From NCBI GenBank assembly GCA_964016885.1, contig OZ024761.1:30752001-30816000 (forward strand): a stretch of DNA of 64,000 nt, in the 5' to 3' direction. Source of the stretch: Eledone cirrhosa (lineage: Eukaryota). Position 1 is the stretch's first letter. The number at the start of each line of letters is the position of its first letter. The position numbers were made by a program, and so were the translations under genes. The notes beneath the pieces were generated by a model, which was not told the DNA's origin, ran no database searches, and saw only the letters and a program-made list of their open reading frames with translations. Positions 1 to 12,914 of this stretch are shown piece by piece.

Positions 1-179
1 AAGCAGTTGTTTTCAAACCCAGAGAAGGTTGGGCTCTGCCATGTTTATATGCCCAAGATATGCTATATATCGCTATGGCGTCCCTAAGACTCAAACAATA
101 GTTAAGACCCCCTTAATTGAATTTATACTGAATAAAGAACTGATAAATGACCATGTATTTCATTGTTTCTTTTCGTCAG

Positions 180-553
180 GTGTTGATGGGAGGTGGACGA
201 CATAAATTTCTGCCGATGAATTTTGTTGATCCAGAATATTCAAATAATATCACTAAAGGACGTCTGGACAAACGGAATTTAGTTGAGGTAAGTACCTATC
301 TGGGTATATATATATATGGTGGGTATATATATTGTGGTCAGGCTGATAGACGTTGTTAGAATTCAAGGTGTCTTTGGAACAATGGTTACAGTGAGATTAG
401 GCAGTGTAGCCAGTAGTTTTTGTAGTAGGTGACCACCACGTAAGGTTTCTTCGAAGAAGAATCCACCCTCCTTACAGAGTCATTTATATGTATGTGTTTG
501 TGTATAGAACAATGATCTCTGACTTCTGTCTTGTTTTCATTGTTCTATATACA

Positions 554-610
<57 letters not shown>

Positions 611-2479
611 TCACACATATATATATACATAACAGTTATCAGTGAAATATGTATAACAGCGATATGTATAACATATTTCCTGCTAAATCATTACAGGATG
701 TTAACAGCTAATATTTCAAGTTTTCATGGTGAACTGTCCACTAGTAAAGATACTATATATATTTCAAATAATAAACCTCTTTTTAAATATCTTCTGCTAA
801 ATCATTACAGGATGTTAAGAGGTAATACTGCAATATCGTATCTTTTGTTTTCAGGACTGGAAGGCAGACAAAAAGGCTAAAAAACTTAAACATAAATATG
901 TCTGGAATAAGGGACAGTTTGATGCAATTAATCCCTCAGAGACAGATTATGTGCTTGGTAAGATCTTTTATTGTTATTACTGTTGTTGTTATTGCTATTG
1001 TTGTAGTAGTAGACATGTGGCTTAGTGGTGGTTAGAGCAGGAGTCTTAAACACAAGATAAATCTATCATTTTTGTCGATGCAGGTCTATTTGAACCAAGT
1101 CACATGCAGTATGATCTAGAACGAGATACGACTGACAAAGGTGAACCTTCACTTGCTGAAATGGTTGAGAAAGCCATTAAAATACTAAAAAAAGACAAGG
1201 ACGGTTTTTTCTTATTTGTTGAAGGTTGGTATATTTATTTGAAACCTCTGTGTATTTGAACAAATTCTACCCTTTCTTTAGTTCTGCCATATCTGATGCG
1301 TGTAACAGATCTGTCAACTCTCCCCATCTGACGGGGAGGGTTGACAGATGTGTATTTAAATTGAAATTTGCAGAACGAATGTTGCTCCCTGCTTTTCTCA
1401 CAAAACAAACATCCCGACATTATTGTTATCATATTTCTATCATTTACCATACAATTCTTAATGTGGATGCTTTCAAACAAAACGTTATTTTCTATCTTAA
1501 TAATTTATTTTATTTTTTTATTTCATTGCAGGTGGGAAAATTGACTCAGCTCATCATGACATTTTGGCAAAGAAGGCTTTGTATGAAGCTCTTGGTCTTG
1601 ACAAAGCTGTAGCAACAGCTTTAAAAATGGTGGATCTAGATGAAACCCTTGTTATAACCACAGCAGATCATTCTATCTCCTTTGCAACTTTAGGTTATGG
1701 CACACGATCTAACCCTATTCTAGGTCAGTTTCACTTAATTTACTTACCATTTCATTACTGTATTTCTAATCTATTACATTGCCTTTGTGTTTCAATTAAT
1801 TTTGAAAATAATCAAAAAATTGGAGGAATTTAATAAAATAACTAATTTCTTCGTTAGTAAGCTGATATTTTGAACATTCTTTCAGTTCTGCTCATACCCC
1901 TCCCCTCAAGTCTGGAGACTCATCAAGCTGACTATGAAGGAATGATGCTAGAGCATCCTCATATGTTTTTTTTATGTCATTCTGCTATTGTTAAACTTAT
2001 TTTGAAAACATGAAAATAAAATCTTTACAATTTATAGATGAAAGTCGTGATTTAACTAAACTGTGTACAAACATTTCTACTGGAGAGAAGTTATAATACT
2101 GTCATGCCTGTGATAGGTCATTCTCTTTAAATGTTCACTTAACTAAAATGAATTTCTGAAACATTTCAGTAGTCTGGGATATACTGCTTAGACTGGGGTG
2201 TATGGTCTGTTCAGCTCCTGTCCTTTTCCTTACTTTCGCTAATTAGATTTTTTTCTATTCTTTTTTCTCTTTAATATCCAAATGTTGATGAATCGTAAAT
2301 TCCTTTCTTTTATTTCTAAATAAACTATATTTCCTTAGGCTTAGTTGACAGAACAGCATGGGGAGGATCGTCTGATGACAAACCATATGCCAGCTTAGTT
2401 TATTCATCTGGTCCTAATTATCCATGTAAAGACCGCCAAGATTTGACTAATGTTGCAATAGGTGAGTAGTTTGTCACTT

Positions 2480-2520
<41 letters not shown>

Positions 2521-3090
2521 TGTCATCAACATCCTCAACATCGTCATCATCATCATCAACATCATCATCATCAACATCATCATCATCATCATTATCATCT
2601 GCAGTCACTTCTCACCATCATCATCGTCAACATCATCAGCCTTCTGGAATCAATAAAATAAAGTACCAGTCATGTACTATGGTTGATTTAACCAACGTCC
2701 TCTTCCCCAATAAATTGCTGGCCTTGTTCCTAAACCAGAGAGCCTTGTTACCTCGTTGTGTTTTCTATATTCATTTCATATATGGCTTTGTTGTTTCTTC
2801 CAGATGGTAATGACTATAAGCCTCAAGTTGGAGTACCAATGAAATACAGTAGCCACACTGGAGAAGATGTTGCTATTTATGCCACAGGGCAATGGGCTCA
2901 CCTCTTTGAAGGCGTACTCGAGCAGAGCAACATTCATCATTTCATTGCCTATTCTGCTTGCATTGGCAAGGGTAAATATATGACGAATGCAGACCATTGC
3001 ACAAATGCTGCCAGTCCTGTGCTTTCTGGTCAGCTAATGTTATGGCTGACTCTTACTTCTCTGTTCTATTTGTTTACCAACTTTGAGTAG
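180..3090 (+). CDS. Alkaline phosphatase copy A, last six exons (180-287, 855-957, 1084-1224, 1532-1723, 2339-2461, 2804-3090); 5' exons lie before the window
   Basis: All introns are GT-AG and the exons join in frame: [10 protein letters not shown]..., [10 protein letters not shown]...[16 protein letters not shown]...VITTADHS..., [14 protein letters not shown]. Hydrophobic C-terminus resembles a GPI signal. Confidence 0.95.
2482..2638. repeat. (CAT)n microsatellite in ALP-A intron; counterpart (GAT)n at 32180-32302 in copy B
   Basis: Direct inspection. Confidence 0.9.
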
Positions 3091-3218
3091 TTTCAATGCA
3101 TTATAAATGTCACTGAAAAGTCAAAATGTTTAATCCATGCAATGTAATTTGTGATAATATGCATTTGAATGAGTACGATGGGGGAATGGTTGTAGTGTTC
3201 ATGATTGTTGGGTAGCAA

Positions 3219-3360
3219 TGGCCTGTTATAAGGTATCCTTGTTTAACATATAGCTGTAGCCTGTTATAATGTATCCATGTTCAATATGTAGCTGTGGCCT
3301 GTTGTAATGTATCCATGTTCAACATGTAGCTGTGGCCTGTTGTAATGTATCCATGTTTCA
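3219..3360. repeat. 36-bp tandem repeat (~4 units) downstream of the ALP-A stop; ~7-8 units in copy B at 30605-30880
   Basis: Unit tgtagctgtggcctgttgtaatgtatccatgttcaa(c)a. Confidence 0.85.
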
Positions 3361-3572
3361 GATGTAACATTCTCTCCTTCAAGTCATTCGTAATGTAAAC
3401 CCTAAGATTTTTAATGTTTATTTAAAACAGTAAAATTAATGTGTAATGCGATGAATTTAATTTGGAATAAATAAAATATTTTTTGTGTAATTAAATCATT
3501 AATTGTTTCTGTTAATTTATTTGTCTATAAAATCTAATCTTTAATTAGTATGTTAATTTGTGTTTAATTTGG

Positions 3573-3725
3573 TCTTCTTCTTCTTCTTCTTCTTCTTCTT
3601 CTTTTCCCACATATTCCTGAGAGGTTCATAGAGGGCAGAGTCCTCAAACACTTCCTCCAGCGGGTCCTGTCAGATTTAACTTGATCCCGAAGCATGACCA
3701 GCCAAGCTCATGGATGTTATCTAAT
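3573..3725 (-). mobile_element. 3' fragment of a second RTE-like LINE family with (GAA)n tail; other copies at 24355-24760(-), 47600-47936(+), 53180-53505(+), 61715-61960(-)
   Basis: Shared sequence gtcctcaaacac...gggtcctgtcag...gctcatggatgttatcc. Longer copies translate to decayed L..YGHVVRM...RP.GRP..RWLDNI. Confidence 0.75.
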
Positions 3726-4325
3726 ACATAGTTACATGCCTACATGCATAGTTACATACATTTCTATTTCTTTACAACCTTGCCTCAGATAAGTTGGCCA
3801 GTCAAAAGAAAACTTAAAATTAAAGAAAGATACATACATGTATACATACATAAATATCTACATCTAATCATTATTTCTAGCCTTTATAAAATTTTCTTTC
3901 AATTGTGCTTTAATGTAGACATTTTAATATTGATGACTGCAAAATTTTAATAAAAATTATGCAGTAATAACAGAGTTACGAGGACACAAATCAGTAGAGC
4001 TCCATATTTCAAATAGTACAAATAAATTTCAATGGTTAAAGGGAAATAATCATGAATTCTTACTGGTGACTATGACTTACTTCCCTTAGGAATTGTTTAC
4101 GTAAAATGTTGACCCTGCTCGGAAATTTTATATGGTCCGTTCCTTTACTAGAAAGAGCAGCCAATTAACATCCATTGATATATGGGAAAGTGCTAGAAAA
4201 AGTAGCCAAAACTCCTTCAAATCATAGACCCAGAAACCTTGTAAAAATCTAGAAATAGCAGTCAAATCTCGTACATGATAAAAATAAATGCACTTTCGAT
4301 ATACTTCTCAGTAAATATATACATA

Positions 4326-4374
<49 letters not shown>

Positions 4375-4698
4375 GAAAATATAGAAATTAATGTGAGCAA
4401 GAAGCCAACAGTATTTCATAATATATAAGTGAGGTATAACGTCAAGATGGAAAATAATTAACGTAAGTTATGGGAAAATAATTCAAACTCAATTTTTTAA
4501 AAATCAAGACCGAGATTTTATCCACAGATTTTGTGAAATCCAGGGAAAAAACCAATAGAGTCTTAACTCAGAATAAAATAAAGTTTAAATACTCATCCTT
4601 CAATTTGGAAAAACTACAAATGTTCTATATAGTCTTAAAAAGACTATTTCACGAAACTTTTCAGTGGGATTAGGGGATTAGTCACGGTTGGAATCGTT

Positions 4699-4758
<60 letters not shown>

Positions 4759-4798
4759 TCAAAATATTAACAAAAATAGAACTTCTTGTGATCAAGTA

Positions 4799-4865
4799 TA
4801 TTTTATTATACATATTTCAGAGGTACTGAGCTAATTTCAACAGTACGTCCTCATCAGATAAAATA
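4799..4865 (-). ncRNA. Type-I hammerhead ribozyme motif (family A)
   Basis: Minus strand: TATTTTAT-CTGATGA-GGACGTACTG[12 nt]CAGTACCTCT-GAAA-TATGTA-TA|ATAAAATA. Perfect 8-bp helix I, 10-bp helix II with one C-C mismatch, short near-palindromic helix III. Confidence 0.8.
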
Positions 4866-7149
4866 AGATGATGCATGACATACCCTGACATAGTAGATGG
4901 TTAAGATCCAGTCATGGTAGTGATTAAGATATTAAAAAAACTCAATATTTATATACCTTAAGATTGAGACGTGAAAAAAATTACATATAATACATATAAT
5001 ACAGAGGGTGCGTGTGAGAAAGCTTAACAATACATAACAGCAATTTACATAACTGTTAGAGATTCAAATAATTTAAATTATTGAAGAAAGAGGAAAGAAA
5101 AAAGAAAGACATAGAGAATTTATTGAAGTAAGAGGAAAGAAAAAAGAAAGACAGACAGAGAGAAAAGAAAGACAGAGATGAGGGGATAATATAGCTAGTA
5201 GGAGTATAGAGCGCAAAAGAGAATTGATCAAGGAAAGAGAGACAAAGAGGAATAATTTTTATAGTGTAAAACATAGGGAGGGATGAATTATATATATCTA
5301 TACAGAACTATACATTTGGGCATAGCTTTGCGAAAGAGTAAACTCGAATCTTTGAATTATTGAATTATCTAGAAGTATTCATCAATCTAAATCTTAAATA
5401 TAACTGGGTGTAATTATATGAAGGTTAATTTCCAGTCCTTAGTTAATTATTTATATATACTATCCAAACGTATCCGGTTGACCGTTAACTTTCAAATCAT
5501 TTAAGTTAGTACCGAGTAATGAATTAATCAAAGTGTATAATATTTCAGGCTATAAAAGTTTATAAATATCTGTATTAATATTAAAGTATACTATCATATT
5601 TAATTTATAAAATCATATTTTATGAAATCATACTTAAACTATTTGCAAACATGAGAAAGAAAACATAATATTTTCATCCTCACGAAGGTAATTCTTATTA
5701 AATTTTATTATATTATATTTAATTATTTATATTATATTGAAAATAATTCACATTATATAATTTATAAAATAATTACAGTTATAATTTTAAAAATTAAGAT
5801 TAACAATTAGGATGCGTTAAAGCATCTAAAAGCCTTATAATTAAACTTTAAAAAATTTATTATTAAATTAGATATATGCATTTGTCTAAATATAAACAAA
5901 GATTATATTGTCTAAAGATTAAGATGACACCTATCAGTTACATATAACATAATACAATACAATAAATAAGTTACTGATAATATTGTTAAAAATTAAGGTT
6001 TTAGATCAATTATTATAATAGGATCATGTAATACATATATACTATAAATATACAAGTCAAACTTCATGAATCATAAGGATAAGAACCAGATTCAAATTAA
6101 AAAAGTGAATTGTTTGCGATCTTAAAAATGCCCAATATCCAAGCTATATAGTTTAAAAATACAAGAAAAATTTTATTTTTTATTTATATAGTAGTATAAT
6201 GTGTCTGCAAACACGAGAAAGAGAAAACCTAAGGATTTCATTGACCCGAAGGTAACCCGAATTTAATTAAATTAAATTAAATAGTAATCGTTATATAATT
6301 TAGAAAATTTAGAAAATATTGAGAAAATATTTAACGATTATAACACTAGAAAGTCATTAAAGTATCTAAAGTACTTATAAATGTAACTAGAAGCATGTTA
6401 TATATCTGATCACTGTATGCTTGTAAGCATAAGATAAAGCCTTATTTAATAGGTTAGGTGTAATAGAAGAATAATAGCTTGCTATGTCCATTTGGATGAA
6501 TTTGTGATTTTTCTTATTATCTATATTTTTAAACCAGTTAATCACTTCATTAGTGTCCTTCCATCAGCTCAATTTAGACTTCAATTTCAGAGTAGGTAGA
6601 ATTCTATCAATAATATTCTTACTGATTACTCCAATATCCGATTTACGTACACATAAATATATATGTGTGTATATATTGATATAGATATTGATATACATAT
6701 ACCTATACATATATACATATATACATACGCACATACATACATACATACATACATACATACATACATACATACATACATACATACATACATACATACATAC
6801 ATACATCATATATATGTGTGTGTGTATGCATGCATGAGTACATAAATATGTATATAAGTCTATGTGTGTATATGTGTGAGCCTGTGGCTGTGTATGTGTA
6901 TGTGTGTGCGTGCGTGATAGACCGTGTCGTCTGTTTTCAAGCAATATTCATAACGTAAATAAATAAATGTGAGTCCCAAAGTTTATTGTCAAATATAAAC
7001 AAACATACATACACACATGCACATGTGCACATATGTATATGTATGTATATTGCCCTCAATGACATGTCCAAGTGCCGTTTCACATTGTCATGTTTCAATT
7101 TTCACATGGATTCTATGGCTGGATGTACATCCCAGTCTCCCAACACCAG

Positions 7150-7600
7150 CCACTTTACAGAGTGTACTGGGTGCAGTTTATTGTGTCTCCAGCTCTAGAG
7201 AGGTTGTCCTGTCCTTGACACAACTGAAGGGTCCTCTCTCAACCTTTTGTTTGGAATGGTTGAATGGTCTTTTCAGAGTGTACTGGGCACAGTTTATTGT
7301 GGCTACAGCTCTAGGGAGGTTGTCATGTCTTTGACATAACTGAAGGGTCCTCTCTCAACCTTTTGTTTAAAAATGGTTTCTATTGTTGAATGTTCTTTAC
7401 AGAGTGTACTGGGTGCAGTTTATTGTGGCTGCGGCTCTAGGGAGCTTGTCCTGTCCTTGACACAACTGAAGGATCCTTTCCCCAACCTTTTGCTTGGAAT
7501 GGTTTCTGTGGTTGAATGTTCTTTACAGAGTGTACTGGGTGTAGTAAATTGTGACTGCAGCTCTAGGGAGATTGTTGTGTTCTCTTCATGACTGAAGGGT
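7150..7600. repeat. Degenerate ~120-bp tandem repeat (acagagtgtactggg...tgacacaactgaagggtcc); related arrays at 31750-32040 and 38270-38850
   Basis: Recurrent unit motifs. Confidence 0.7.
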
Positions 7601-7809
7601 CCGCACTCTCCATGCTATGCTACGTTGTTTGTGTTCCTTTCAAGGTAAACGTTGACTGAGGGAGTAGGAGGTGTGTTGTGTGTGTGTGTGGGGGGGGGGT
7701 CAACATTCATCACTTTGCTGGTCTAGCCCTCGCTACGCTCGACATGGCCATACCAGCGCATGCGTCTCGTGTGAAGCACATCTTTGAGGTCGTCAATCAC
7801 CAATCTGTC

Positions 7810-7841
<32 letters not shown>

Positions 7842-8287
7842 ATAATGTAAATATGTTAGGCGAGAGGAAAAGCAGCCAGGTGTAAAAAGCCCAGCCAAAA
7901 TACAGTAACGTTTGAGCAAGGTAAAGCACAGCCAACTGTCTGAACTTGCCACATAATGTGGACAACCTGTCTAACCCATACATGTGTGGAAAAATAAATG
8001 TGAAATGGTGATGATGATGGTGATGATATATATATCAGTCCACACTGTAAAGTAGTCATGTAGGAGACACGGTAAAAAGGCTCCCAATCCACATTGTAAA
8101 TATGGTTGGTGTTAGGGAGGGCATCCAGCCGTAGAAGGCCTGCCAGAAACAGTTCCGTACAAGCGAGACACAGTCACCCGAACAATCTTGCCTCAAGTGG
8201 GACAAACCCTTCCAACCCATGCTAGCGTAGAAGATGGACGTTAAACGATGATGATATATATGTATATATATATATATATACATACAT

Positions 8288-8322
<35 letters not shown>

Positions 8323-8323
<1 letters not shown>

Positions 8324-9105
8324 CATCATCATCATCGTTTAACGTCCGTGTTCCATGCTTGCATGGGTTTGGACGGGAGTTTTCCCACTTGAGGCAAGAG
8401 TGGTTGTCTTGCTCGCATAGGACTGTCTGGCGGGTTTTCTACAGTTGGATGCCCTTCCTAACACCAACCACATTTACAGTGTGGGGCTGGGAGGTTTTTA
8501 CCGTGTTGCCTACACGGCCACATTACAGCGTGGACTGTCTGGCAGGTTTTCTACAGCTGGATGCCCTTCCTAACACCAACCACATTTACAGTGTGGGGCT
8601 GGGAGGTTTTTACCGTGTTGCCTACACGGCCACATTACAGCGTGGACTGTCTGGCAGGTTTTCTACAGCTGGATGCCCTTCCTAACACCAACCACATTTA
8701 CAGTGTGGGACTGGGACGTTTTTACCGTGTTGCCTACACGGTCACATTACAGCGTGGACTGTGTGTGTGTTTTTTTTTTCATGACACCTACACGATCTCA
8801 TTTGTTTCGGCCTGGATTTTGTGGCACCAACATAACTTTACATTGAAAGGTGTGGTGTGGATGGGGTGGGGGTGGTGGGACGGGGGTGTATTTTGTTAGA
8901 GATGCCTACTGACTGTAGTAGGTTTTACTTTGTATTTAGGTAACGCGGGTCTTCTCTGTTACTGAGTACCGCCAAAGGTCTCGGTCCAGTGACATTGTCT
9001 TGGAGAGGTGTAAGTGTGTGAGGTCGGAATTTATCAGCTCGTCCCAGGTTTTTCTGGGTCTACCTACTCCGTGGCTACCATCTATCTTTATTGCCCTGCA
9101 CTTTG

Positions 9106-9106
<1 letters not shown>
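8323..9106 (-). mobile_element. RTE LINE 3' end (ORF C-terminus plus 3' UTR with a triplicated ~112-bp unit and (GAT)n tail)
   Basis: Translates KCRAIKIDGSHGVGRPRKTWDELINSDL...; matches 11940-12510. Confidence 0.9.
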
Positions 9107-9156
<50 letters not shown>

Positions 9157-9626
9157 TATGTGTGTATATATGTAAGTATGTATATGTGTGTGTATGTATG
9201 TAAGTATGTATATATATGTATAATTTTCACTTATATCGAAATTACATTTAATTTCATCATGTTTATTAAAACAATGATTTGAAAGAGATTTGACTATTTT
9301 TTCTAGCACTTTCCCATATATCAATGGGTGTTAATTGGCTGCTCTTTCTAGCAACGGACCTGATCTTTAGAAATTCCCAAACAGGGTCACAATGTTAACA
9401 TAAACAATTTCTAAAGGAAGAAAGTAATAGTCACCAGTAAAAATTTATGATTATTTCCCTTTGACCACTCAAATTTATTTGTACTATTTACTATATGGAG
9501 CTGTATTGACTTTAAGGCTTCATAACTGTATTATTAATGCATATTTTTCATTGAAATTTTGCTGACATACTAATTAGGAACTCTAGCTTAAACCATAATA
9601 TATATATATATATATATATATATGTG

Positions 9627-9980
9627 TAGTAAAATAAAACAAGGATGAGTGGTTACTCCTTCATTACATTTATTTGTTGGTGACGCGCAATTCGCCACTG
9701 ATCAGCTCAAGGTTAGATCTGTATCGATCTAGCCCAACTCTGTAATCCATTACCATTATAAGGGGTCTGAGGAGCCGTGGATTACAGAGTCAGGCTAGAT
9801 CGATACATATCGAACCTTGAGCTGATCAGTGGCGAAACGCGTGACACTAACCAATAAACGTAATCAAGGAGTAACCACTCGTCCTTGTTTTATTTTACTA
9901 TAATACACTCTGTCCTAAAGTGAACCTAAACATCGAGTGCTCACCCGGGTGAACCTACAGTAACTCCAAGTTACACTCCC
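9627..9980 (+). mobile_element. Foldback element with hammerhead motif (family B) between (TA)n tracts
   Basis: Imperfect inverted arms 9627-9749 and 9778-9900. GGT-CTGAGGA(9767)-GCC...GGC-GAAA(9834)CGCG...; arm consensus GAAACGCGCGTC|ACC followed by AATAAA. Confidence 0.7.
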
Positions 9981-10112
9981 TGGATATATATATATATATA
10001 TCAAATGACGCAATGGAGTAAAGGACTCGCGTTAGTCCCTGTAATATAATGAGCTCAAGGAAATTTTTCTGGGCTCTTCCAAATATATAGGAGAGAATGT
10101 ATATATTCTTTC

Positions 10113-10146
<34 letters not shown>

Positions 10147-10149
10147 CAT

Positions 10150-10488
10150 CATTCATCATTTCATTTTACGTCCACGTTTCCCTGCTTGCAAGGGTGGGAC
10201 GGGAACTGATTCTGGCTTGATTTCTACAGCTGGATGCCCTTCCTAACACCAACCTCATTTACAGTGAGTGCTGGGTGCTTTTTTGTCGTGGCACCTCCAC
10301 GACCACTTTGCAGTGGAATGATAGGGACCCCAGTCCCTATCATCTCATTTCTACAGCTGAGTAAACTGGAGCAATGTGAAATAAAGTTCCTTGCTCAAGG
10401 AAACAACACATCACCCGGTCTGAGAATTGAACTCACAACCTTTCGATTGCAAGGCCAATGCTCTAACCACTAAGACATGTGTCTCCAC
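10150..10488 (-). mobile_element. Composite SINE (tRNA-like head, central domain, RTE-derived 3' tail); near-identical copies at 22735-23066(-) and 55058-55370(+)
   Basis: A-box tggcttagtggttagag, B-box gagttcaattc, central gtttccttgagcaagacacttt, tail ggttggtgttaggaagggcatccag...ggacgtaaaatgatgat. Confidence 0.8.
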
Positions 10489-10495
10489 TAACCCA

Positions 10496-10537
<42 letters not shown>

Positions 10538-10975
10538 TTGTTAATTAAAATGTTTATTGTATCTTAACTAGTTGACAGATTGTTGTGAAACTAAAGTAAT
10601 GACTTTCATTTTTAATGTGATTCAGTCATAGTGTTGTTTTGTACTTTTCAAGAATGTCTTACAAATGTAGTTTCATGTGGTGTGGGATCTTAAGATTTAA
10701 AACCTAAGAATTTTCGGGGGGGGGGGGGGGGGTTATAAAGAAGAATTCTGTGAGGTGGGATTTTCAACAGCTAGTTATGTCATCTTCTCAGTGGCATGTT
10801 GTCTTAATTCATTCTCCCTATTGTTTAACCTCATGCAATATCACAATGTCATTTAATATTCTCTGAGAAGTGATATTCTTATTTAATTCAATATTTTAAA
10901 ATTTATTCTATTAGTATTGTCTAGTTTTTGAAAGCAATCCAAAAGCATTAGATAATAATAATTATTATTATTGTT

Positions 10976-12510
10976 ACAACCATGTATAAAGAAACAAACA
11001 ATCAGCAAGGTTAGAATTAACAACGAATATAGTGAAGAGTTTAGCGTAAACGTTGGTGTTCATCAGGGCTCCGTTCTTAGCCCCCTACTATTTATTATTG
11101 CCCTTCAGGCTATAACAGTGGAGTTCAAGACCGGCTGCCCATGGGAACTCCTATACGCAGATGATCTAACGTTCATAGCTGAATCAATGGCCGAACTAGA
11201 GAAGAAATTCCAAACATGGAAGCATGGCCTAGAATCAAAAGGCCTTAAAATTAACCTGTCTAAGACTAAAGTTCTAGTTTGTAGGAAGGAAAATAGGGCA
11301 CCGGTCCCATCCGGGAAATGGCCATGCTCAGTGTGTAGTAAAGGAGTAGGTAGAAACTCCATTTTATGTCCCAAATGCAAAGTATGGGTGCATAAAAGAT
11401 GTAGTGGGATCACAGGTAAGCTAACTAAGAACATAGATTTTATATGTGGCCAGTGCTCTGGTGCAATAAGTAGCAGCAAGTGCCCACAGAATACTAGCTC
11501 ATTCCATTGCACAGATGGTTCTATAGAAATAGTGGACAGCTTCCGTTACCTGGGTGACAGAATCAGCAGTGGGGGAGGGTGCTCTGAAAGTACAGTAGCT
11601 AGAGTCAGAACTGGATGGAAAAAGTTCAGAGAGCTTATACCACTATTAGCCGCTAAAGGGTTCTCCCTAAAAATGAAAGGCAGGCTGTATGATGCCTGCA
11701 TACGAACAGCAATGTTACATGGCAGTGAGTTCTGGGCATTGTGTGCAGAGGATATACGCAGACTGGAGAGGAACGAAGCTTGCATGCTCCGCTGGATGTG
11801 TAATAGTAATATACGTGAACGGCAAAGCATAAACGAAGTAAGGGAAAAATTAGAAATAAGAGGGATCAGATGTTGTTTACTCGAGAGAAGACTACGTTGG
11901 TATGGTCACGTGATGCGCATGAAAGACGACAGCTGTATAAAAAAGTGCAGGGCAATAAAAATAGGCGGTAGCCACGGAGTAGGCAGACCCAGAAAAACCT
12001 GGGACGACTTGATAAATTCCGACCTCACACACTTACACCTCTCCAAGACAATGTCACTGGACCGAGATCTTTGGCGCTACACAGTAATAGAGAAGACCCG
12101 CCTTACCTAAGTACAAAGTGAAACCTACTACAGTCAGTAGGCACCTCTAACAAAATACTCCCCCCCCCCATCCCACCACCCCCACCCCATCCACACCACC
12201 CCTTTCAATGTAAAGTTATGTTAGTGCCACAAAATCCAGGCCGAAACAAATGAGATCGTGTAGGTGTCACGAAAAAAAAAAACACACACACAGTCCACAC
12301 TGTAATGTGACCGTGTAGGCAACACGGTAAAAACGTCCCAGTCCCACACTGTAAATGTGGTTGGTGTTAGGAAGGGCATCCAGCCGTAGAGAACCCGCCA
12401 GACAGTCCTATGCGAGCAAGACAACCACTCTTGCCTCAAGTGGGAAAACTCCCGTCCAAACCCATGCAAGCGTGGAATATGGACGTTAAACGATGATGAT
12501 GATGATGATG

Positions 12511-12511
<1 letters not shown>
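10976..12511 (+). mobile_element. 5'-truncated RTE-clade LINE (RT C-terminal half; ORF to 12110)
   Basis: GVHQGSVLSPLLF, LYADD, FRYLG, RLRWYGHVMRM, GRPRKTW; 3' UTR ends in (GAT)n then (TA)n. Confidence 0.95.
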
Positions 12512-12548
<37 letters not shown>

Positions 12549-12821
12549 ATATATATATATAGCATGGGTTATATATATATATATATATATATATTGTTAT
12601 ACTTGGGGAGGGTCATATTTGTGTAATATTGCCAGAATATATATATATAAATATATATAAATATAAAAATATAAATAAATATAAATATAAATATAAATAT
12701 AAAAATAGTAATAATAATAAATGTGAAGACTAATATCCGAAGAGGGCTCGATAAGGATAATATATATATCAAATATATAAAAACCGTTAAGGGTGAAAGC
12801 AGCGCGATTCTTTGCTTAAAC

Positions 12822-12860
<39 letters not shown>

Positions 12861-12914
12861 GTTATTCCGGGTTGAATCGGAGGTAACCACAGTAAGTAAG
12901 GTACTCAATACATT

